Positions 31,515-35,805 of a stretch of 35,805 nucleotides of DNA are shown piece after piece (the first letter of the stretch is position 1; each line of letters opens with the position of its first letter). The stretch is taken from the IMG/VR virus record IMGVR_UViG_3300045988_027647, positions 1 through 35,805 of that record. One strand, 5' to 3'. Under the pieces are notes generated by a model, which worked only from the letters and a program-made list of their open reading frames with translations, did no database searches and had not been told where the DNA came from. Position numbers and translations under genes: made by a program. The DNA is from a virus.

Positions 31515-33515
31515 TTAATCTTTCTTATAATAATTACTAGTAAATCCTTCTGCCTTCAACGGAATGCCGAAAGCGTCCGCCCATTTTGGTGTGGCTGCCA
31601 TAGCTTCGCAAATCTCATTTAGTGATACGGTTGGCTCGCCAAAATCATCTAAAGGCGTTTCGTTTACTGTCTCGTCATGGATATGTCCCACGATCTTAAC
31701 AGCCGGATAGCGTTTTACGATTTCTTGCATACCATATGCCAATAGGTCGCGGCTGATAGCCTGCGTGATATTCTCGGCTAGCTTTCCGCCGTATGTGTCC
31801 AGGTCTGCCCATTTTCCTGTAAGGTCCTGACCCTTGTATGTTATAACCTCCCTGTCTCGTCCGTTCACGCTTTTCGTAGCGATCCGGCAAAACGGGTAAA
31901 ACAAACGACGGCCCGAAGGTAATAAAATTGCTAGAGAATTGTTTTCTTTAAACCATTGAAATGTACAAACGTGTACGCCGTACCGGATAACCTCCACGTC
32001 TTTCTTGTTACGAATACAGAGTTTCGCCCGGCTGTCTAGGGCTTCCCAAAACTCAACTATGCGCGGAGAAGCGGCGCGCCATCTCAATATAATATCCTTG
32101 TACAATGCCGGATCAATCGCCTTTTTGTCGTCCATCGCAGCCATGGCACCCACCCAACCAGCATAACCTAATGCAAGCTCGGTCACTTTCCCTTGTTGGC
32201 GGTAATGGGTGCCTTTTCCGCATTGATCCTCCGGCAAATTAAATGTCATACTTGCAGACACTACATATATATCTTTCCCGTTGCGGAACGCTTCAATACG
32301 CCAATCTTCACGGCAAAGACAGGCCAATACGCGGGCCTCAATAGCCGAATAGTCGGCAACGTGGAATACCGTTCCCTTTGGAGCTACAAACGTTGTACGG
32401 ATCAGTTGTGAAAGCGTGTCGGGTACATTTCCCCAGAACAATTCGAAGTCCTGCAAACACATGTGTTTAACGTTATCACGCGCGCCGTCTAAATCGTGTA
32501 TGTAGTTACGCGGCAAATTCTGCATTTGAACAAGTCTACCCGCCCATCTGCCAGTACGACCCGCTCCATAGAAACGGTACAAACCGTGTACGCGTCCGTC
32601 AAAGCACACGCAATTGCGCATCGCGGTATATTTGGCGTTGCTAGTCTTGTTTATGATCTTCCGGGCGTTTAGTACTTCGTCTACCCGCTCGTTGTCGCAC
32701 CCCTGCATAATCTCCTCTATGTCCTCTTTGCGGAATGAATCGAAAGACTTTCCGGTTTGGATCATTACAAAGTCCTTTAGTTGCATTGTGGACTTTAAAG
32801 AAGATATGCCGTACTTAGTTTTAATCCGGTTCTTCAGCTCCTCGCAAAATTCCTCGTTCAGAGCGTCCGCCCGTTCCGCTAGTTCCATATCCACGGCTAT
32901 GCCGTTGTCATTAATGTCCTGATCCAGTCTATAAAGGTCTATTTCCGACTGCGGGAAATCACAATAGGCCAGGCGCTTCAGGGCTTCGCGCTCCGAAAGA
33001 ATGTCGTAACGTAGGTAATCCTTAAATTCCTCCCACTTTTCCGGATAATCTTTTGGCAAGTTCCGGTACCCTTCCGGTTTCGCTCTAGTCGGCTTCTGTG
33101 GTTGGCAGAAGAATTTTATAAGGGCTAGACCCGTGCCCTTTTTCCCTTCTTTCAAGTCCAGTGCTTTAGATAGGTTTCCCAAGCTTTCGGGGAATCCGGC
33201 GTATAATGCCATAGTTGCGGTACACAGGAAACGCTCCGCGGGAATGTCTACCTTATACTCTTTCAAACATAACCGTTCAAATTGGGCATTGTGCGCCACA
33301 ATCGTATATTGGGGCGACAAGATGAGACGGGCGAAAGCTGCAAATTTTATGATCGATCCGGGCTGCGTCATATCAATAATATTAACGTCTCCGTCTCCGA
33401 TTGCGTACCCGATAAGAAGTATTTCGGAGTCGGGCGATTGCGTATATCGGTACGCGCCGCCGCTCTTAATATCCTCACCGGAAAATGTTTCAAAATCTAT
33501 ATAAATTGGTTTCAT
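31515..33515 (-). CDS. Family A DNA polymerase with a 3'-5' exonuclease domain, 666 aa
   Basis: Exo I YIDFETFS, pol motif A VADYSAIEARVLA, motif B RQQGKVTELALGYAG and motif C GHIHDET. The start is moved to ATG 33515 (MKPIYIDFETFS), because the track start at 33581 runs through a hairpin. Confidence 0.9.
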   Translation of the reverse strand: MKPIYIDFETFSGEDIKSGGAYRYTQSPDSEILLIGYAIGDGDVNIIDMTQPGSIIKFAAFARLILSPQYTIVAHNAQFERLCLKEYKVDIPAERFLCTATMALYAGFPESLGNLSKALDLKEGKKGTGLALIKFFCQPQKPTRAKPEGYRNLPKDYPEKWEEFKDYLRYDILSEREALKRLAYCDFPQSEIDLYRLDQDINDNGIAVDMELAERADALNEEFCEELKNRIKTKYGISSLKSTMQLKDFVMIQTGKSFDSFRKEDIEEIMQGCDNERVDEVLNARKIINKTSNAKYTAMRNCVCFDGRVHGLYRFYGAGRTGRWAGRLVQMQNLPRNYIHDLDGARDNVKHMCLQDFELFWGNVPDTLSQLIRTTFVAPKGTVFHVADYSAIEARVLACLCREDWRIEAFRNGKDIYVVSASMTFNLPEDQCGKGTHYRQQGKVTELALGYAGWVGAMAAMDDKKAIDPALYKDIILRWRAASPRIVEFWEALDSRAKLCIRNKKDVEVIRYGVHVCTFQWFKENNSLAILLPSGRRLFYPFCRIATKSVNGRDREVITYKGQDLTGKWADLDTYGGKLAENITQAISRDLLAYGMQEIVKRYPAVKIVGHIHDETVNETPLDDFGEPTVSLNEICEAMAATPKWADAFGIPLKAEGFTSNYYKKD

Positions 33516-33537
33516 GTTTTTAGGGGTTTTTAAAGTT

Positions 33538-33571
33538 AAAAGCCGCACCGCTTCTACTCGGCACGGCTTTT
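33538..33571 (-). terminator. Candidate intra-operon terminator/attenuator between the SSB and polymerase genes
   Basis: The minus-strand RNA reads AAAAGCCGUGC-12 nt-GUGCGGCUUUU. The two G-U pairs exist only in the minus-strand transcript. It lies in the 131-nt gap between stop 33647 and ATG 33515. Confidence 0.45.
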
Positions 33572-33646
33572 GGAAAATCATTTTACACCTGTTTTAACGA
33601 GATTGATTAATAATTAATTTAATTGTTTATACTTGAAATAATTGTT

Positions 33647-34213
33647 TTAGTTGAAATCCGCCAGACCGTCGTTTTCATCGCTCAAATCTTCGAAGTCGTT
33701 TACGCTTGATCCGCCGTCCAGTCTATCATCGTCGGTTACCTTCTGTATTCCGTTCAATCCGGCGGTTATACCGCGGTTGTCGCTACTCATGTTGTAACCG
33801 TAGATTGAGATGGAAGCCACGCCCCAAGATCCGGAATACATATCTTCCTTTACCGTGATCGGGCGTTTGCTCTTATCAATAACGATCGGTTGCCCATGTT
33901 CCTCTTTGCGCTTCGCTGTGATGTAGTAACAACCTTCATACCCGGCTTGTCCTTCTTTCTCTGGCGCATCACCATCCCGTAACGGGCTTTTGTAATTTTC
34001 CGGTACGCGTCCTTTGAATTTGGGGTCTCTTGAAAAATAATCCTGCGCTTCTGCCTTAACTGCGTCATTGATTTGCTTAATCAAAGCCGTATCAGTTTTG
34101 GGGATCAACAAAGTTACACTGTAATGATATTCACCTACGCCTTGATACTGTTCTGCCTCGAAAACTCTTACATAAGAGAAACGTACGTTTTTTAAGATCA
34201 ATTTTCTACTCAT
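33647..34213 (-). CDS. Single-stranded DNA-binding protein (DUF2815-like), 188 aa
   Basis: The N-terminus LILKNVRFSYVRVFE and the acidic C-terminal tail DFEDLSDENDGLADFN are typical of the SSB found between the DUF2800 nuclease and PolA in this replication module. The start is moved from GTG 34240 to ATG 34213. Confidence 0.7.
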   Translation of the reverse strand: MSRKLILKNVRFSYVRVFEAEQYQGVGEYHYSVTLLIPKTDTALIKQINDAVKAEAQDYFSRDPKFKGRVPENYKSPLRDGDAPEKEGQAGYEGCYYITAKRKEEHGQPIVIDKSKRPITVKEDMYSGSWGVASISIYGYNMSSDNRGITAGLNGIQKVTDDDRLDGGSSVNDFEDLSDENDGLADFN

Positions 34214-34244
34214 AATTTTTAAGATTTTAATTTGTTTCACGGTT

Positions 34245-34274
34245 CAAAGATATTGCTTTATTTTAAACTTCAAA
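34245..34274 (-). promoter_or_regulatory. Bacteroidota-type internal promoter ahead of the SSB gene
   Basis: Minus strand: TTTG 34274-34271, 18 nt, TATCTTTG 34252-34245. It is intergenic, 32 nt upstream of ATG 34213. Confidence 0.55.
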
Positions 34275-34310
34275 CCGTTTATACATTCTTTAATTGTTTT
34301 TTAACTTCTG

Positions 34311-35477
34311 TTAGCCTTCGATGTCAAAGTCGCATAGTGGGCTATACTCCACACCCTTAGCGGATTCCGGCACTAGCTTTGGCGCGCCAGGTCGTGATTC
34401 AATCGCGTCTCCAAACCTTGCGCTAAATACCTTTTTGCCTAACAACTTCTCGAGATCTCCGATACCTTTTAGCTTGATGTTTAGTACTTCATCCTCTAGG
34501 AACTCATTTAAGAGTGCTTGACGTATCTTTGCTTCGTCCTTGATAACTCGGCTTGATCGCCCGGCTACTAGCTTGTAGCCCTCCCATTTATACCCCTGTA
34601 TCGCTCTATCGTAAACGTACTTATTCACTGATTCGATCCAGCTCTTATACGTGTCGATCTTACCGATTAGGTCTACTATTTCCTCGTCAGACAATAACAG
34701 CGGTTCGGGCTTTTCGTCGAAGTCTGCAAGTATCGCGTCACGTTGCGCCCTGCATTGGGCTTTAACCGGGCAAAATCCGCACCAACTTCCAATAACTTGT
34801 TTCCCTTTGCCCTGTATTGCTGCTTTTGCGGCTGGTTTCAGGACTTTCTCCGCCCAGTCGAGTAACTCACCCTTTGACATCTCAAACGTGTCGTAATGGT
34901 CTAATCTGACTTGTGCTATCGTCATTCGAATATTGGTTATGTCCTTTGACGCTGCTGCTGCCTTCAAAGCCCCCAAAGCGTATAACATCATTTGTTCGTT
35001 ATGATCTGCAAACACCTTAACGCCGGCACCGTACTTCAAGTCTATAATGTGTATCGTGTGGCTTGATTCAAGTGTTACGTCTACCGATCCGAAAGAATCC
35101 GGCGCGTAATCGGTGATATCCACCTTTCTTTCCAAAAACACTTTAGTCGGCCAGTCTACTTTGTCCGTCTCGTAGACTTCTGCTATAACATACTCGCAAT
35201 AATCGCGAATGTAATTCGCCATGTCAATACTAAACAGCGGGTTTTTAAGGTGTTCGTCTTTCAACGGTATTGCATCGTCTATGATCGGATCGTATATACC
35301 TTCTAGGTATTGGGTCAAAGCATATTCGGCTATTTCGTGGGCTAGTGTGCCCTCTTCAGCGTAAACGCTTGTCTTGCTGCCTGCTTCTTCTGCTAGTAGC
35401 GCCGATGGAGTACAATGTATCCATCGTTTCGCACTACTCGGCGATAAAATCGCATGATCTCTCTCTGAATGTTTCAT
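34311..35477 (-). CDS. PD-(D/E)XK / Cas4-like exonuclease (DUF2800-like) with a 4-Cys cluster, 388 aa
   Basis: LSPSSAKRWIHC at the N-terminus, the nuclease core IIDLKYG, and the C-terminal CGFCPVKAQC (C-x2-C-x5-C) typical of Cas4/AddB-type Fe-S nucleases. Confidence 0.8.
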   Translation of the reverse strand: MKHSERDHAILSPSSAKRWIHCTPSALLAEEAGSKTSVYAEEGTLAHEIAEYALTQYLEGIYDPIIDDAIPLKDEHLKNPLFSIDMANYIRDYCEYVIAEVYETDKVDWPTKVFLERKVDITDYAPDSFGSVDVTLESSHTIHIIDLKYGAGVKVFADHNEQMMLYALGALKAAAASKDITNIRMTIAQVRLDHYDTFEMSKGELLDWAEKVLKPAAKAAIQGKGKQVIGSWCGFCPVKAQCRAQRDAILADFDEKPEPLLLSDEEIVDLIGKIDTYKSWIESVNKYVYDRAIQGYKWEGYKLVAGRSSRVIKDEAKIRQALLNEFLEDEVLNIKLKGIGDLEKLLGKKVFSARFGDAIESRPGAPKLVPESAKGVEYSPLCDFDIEG

Positions 35478-35805
35478 TATAAACGGCTTGAAATGTATGC
35501 AACAAAATCATTAAACATCTCTTCCTTCAGGGTCGGGAAACTAGACGCGCCTACGCTTTCAAAAGCTTCCTGTACAATTGGGCGTTTCTTTGCGTTTAGT
35601 GCCTTCATAGCCCAGGACTTACAATCGTCAATAGTATAAGACGCTGCGTCACATTTAGGCTCTTCTGCTGGTGCTGGCTCTTCTGCTGGTGCTGGCTCTT
35701 CTGCTGGTGCAGGCTCTTCAACCTTTGCAGGCTCTTCTACTGGTGCTGGCTCTTCTACTGGTGCTGGCTCTTCTGCTGGTGCTGGCTCTTCTGCTGGTGC
35801 TGGCT
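35477..35805 (-). CDS. C-terminal part of the wrap-around PAPAEE-repeat protein (35751-35805 duplicates 1-55)
   Basis: The frame is open from the window end to TAA 35479-35477, which shares one nt with the next ATG. The C-terminal translation reads ...PAPAEEPKCDAASYTIDDCKSWAMKALNAKKRPIVQEAFESVGASSFPTLKEEMFNDFVAYISSRL. Confidence 0.6.
   Translation of the reverse strand, partial: PAPAEEPAPAEEPAPVEEPAPVEEPAKVEEPAPAEEPAPAEEPAPAEEPKCDAASYTIDDCKSWAMKALNAKKRPIVQEAFESVGASSFPTLKEEMFNDFVAYISSRL
35658..35805. repeat. 18-bp tandem repeat (ggctcttctgctggtgct and variants) continuing into 1-55; about 8 units in the circular molecule
   Basis: Read directly. Units start at 35658, 35676, 35694, 35712, 35730, 35748 (which wraps the junction), 16 and 34. 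They encode PAPAEE / PAPVEE / PAKVEE on the minus strand. Confidence 0.9.

Noticed and set aside
33516-33581. Longer N-terminal extensions given by the ORF track (polymerase 33581, terS 21249, methyltransferase 25503, paralog 6205, SSB 34240 GTG, holin 2967, 19158 TTG, 28586).
   Set aside because: The extensions run through promoters, hairpins or the preceding gene. Internal ATGs give conserved N-termini (MKPIYIDFETFS, for example) and the 1-4-nt stop/start overlaps that are the rule in this genome.
1-35805. A CRISPR array, a diversity-generating retroelement, a retron, tRNA genes, toxin-antitoxin pairs, or a recognisable defence/anti-defence cassette.
   Set aside because: The window has no regularly spaced repeat-spacer array and no reverse-transcriptase-like ORF (no YxDD motif). 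It has no template/variable repeat pair near the receptor-binding genes and no cloverleaf-like GC-rich segment with a GTTCGAAT-type T-loop. The small early ORFs have no motifs I can assign.

Overview
The window appears to be one complete, circularly closed dsDNA tailed-phage genome. The first 55 nt (1-55) are identical to the last 55 nt (35751-35805), so the unique length is about 35,750 bp.

Every credible gene (about 50) is on the minus strand. Genes are tightly packed, and many are linked by ATGA or TAATG stop/start overlaps. Reading the minus strand around the circle gives two blocks.

(1) Early/replication block, roughly 1030 down through 1, wrapping to 35805 and continuing down to 21777. 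It contains two small proteins (one a helix-turn-helix protein), a PAPAEE-repeat protein, a Cas4-like PD-(D/E)XK nuclease (DUF2800-like), a DUF2815-like SSB, a family A DNA polymerase, a primase/SF3-helicase (VirE/D5-like), VRR-NUC, phage Dam-type N6-adenine methyltransferase, an SNF2 helicase, and many small unknowns.

(2) Late block, 21174 down to 1525. It contains terS, terL, large tail/receptor-binding proteins (one with C-terminal BACON repeats), a tape-measure-like protein, a protease/scaffold candidate, the major capsid protein, three tandem paralogs, a portal candidate, holin, M15 endolysin and a spanin-like protein.

Three observations point to a Bacteroidota host: the BACON repeats, the near absence of Shine-Dalgarno sequences, and repeated intergenic TTTG-N18-21-TATCTTTG promoter motifs. 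No integrase, repressor module, tRNA, CRISPR array, reverse transcriptase or recognisable defence/anti-defence cassette was seen.

The most unusual feature is non-coding. Two homologous modules of about 240 bp (1212-1447 and 21295-21534) occupy the only two large intergenic gaps, which are the two operon junctions. Each has inverted GTCAAAGATGGAAAG-type arms around a very AT-rich, non-conserved core, a palindromic GTCAAAGAT-N10-ATCTTTGAC site overlapping a promoter-like element, and a surrounding cloud of AAAGATG boxes, some phased at 21 nt.

All protein calls come from reading motifs by eye. No database or HMM search could be run.
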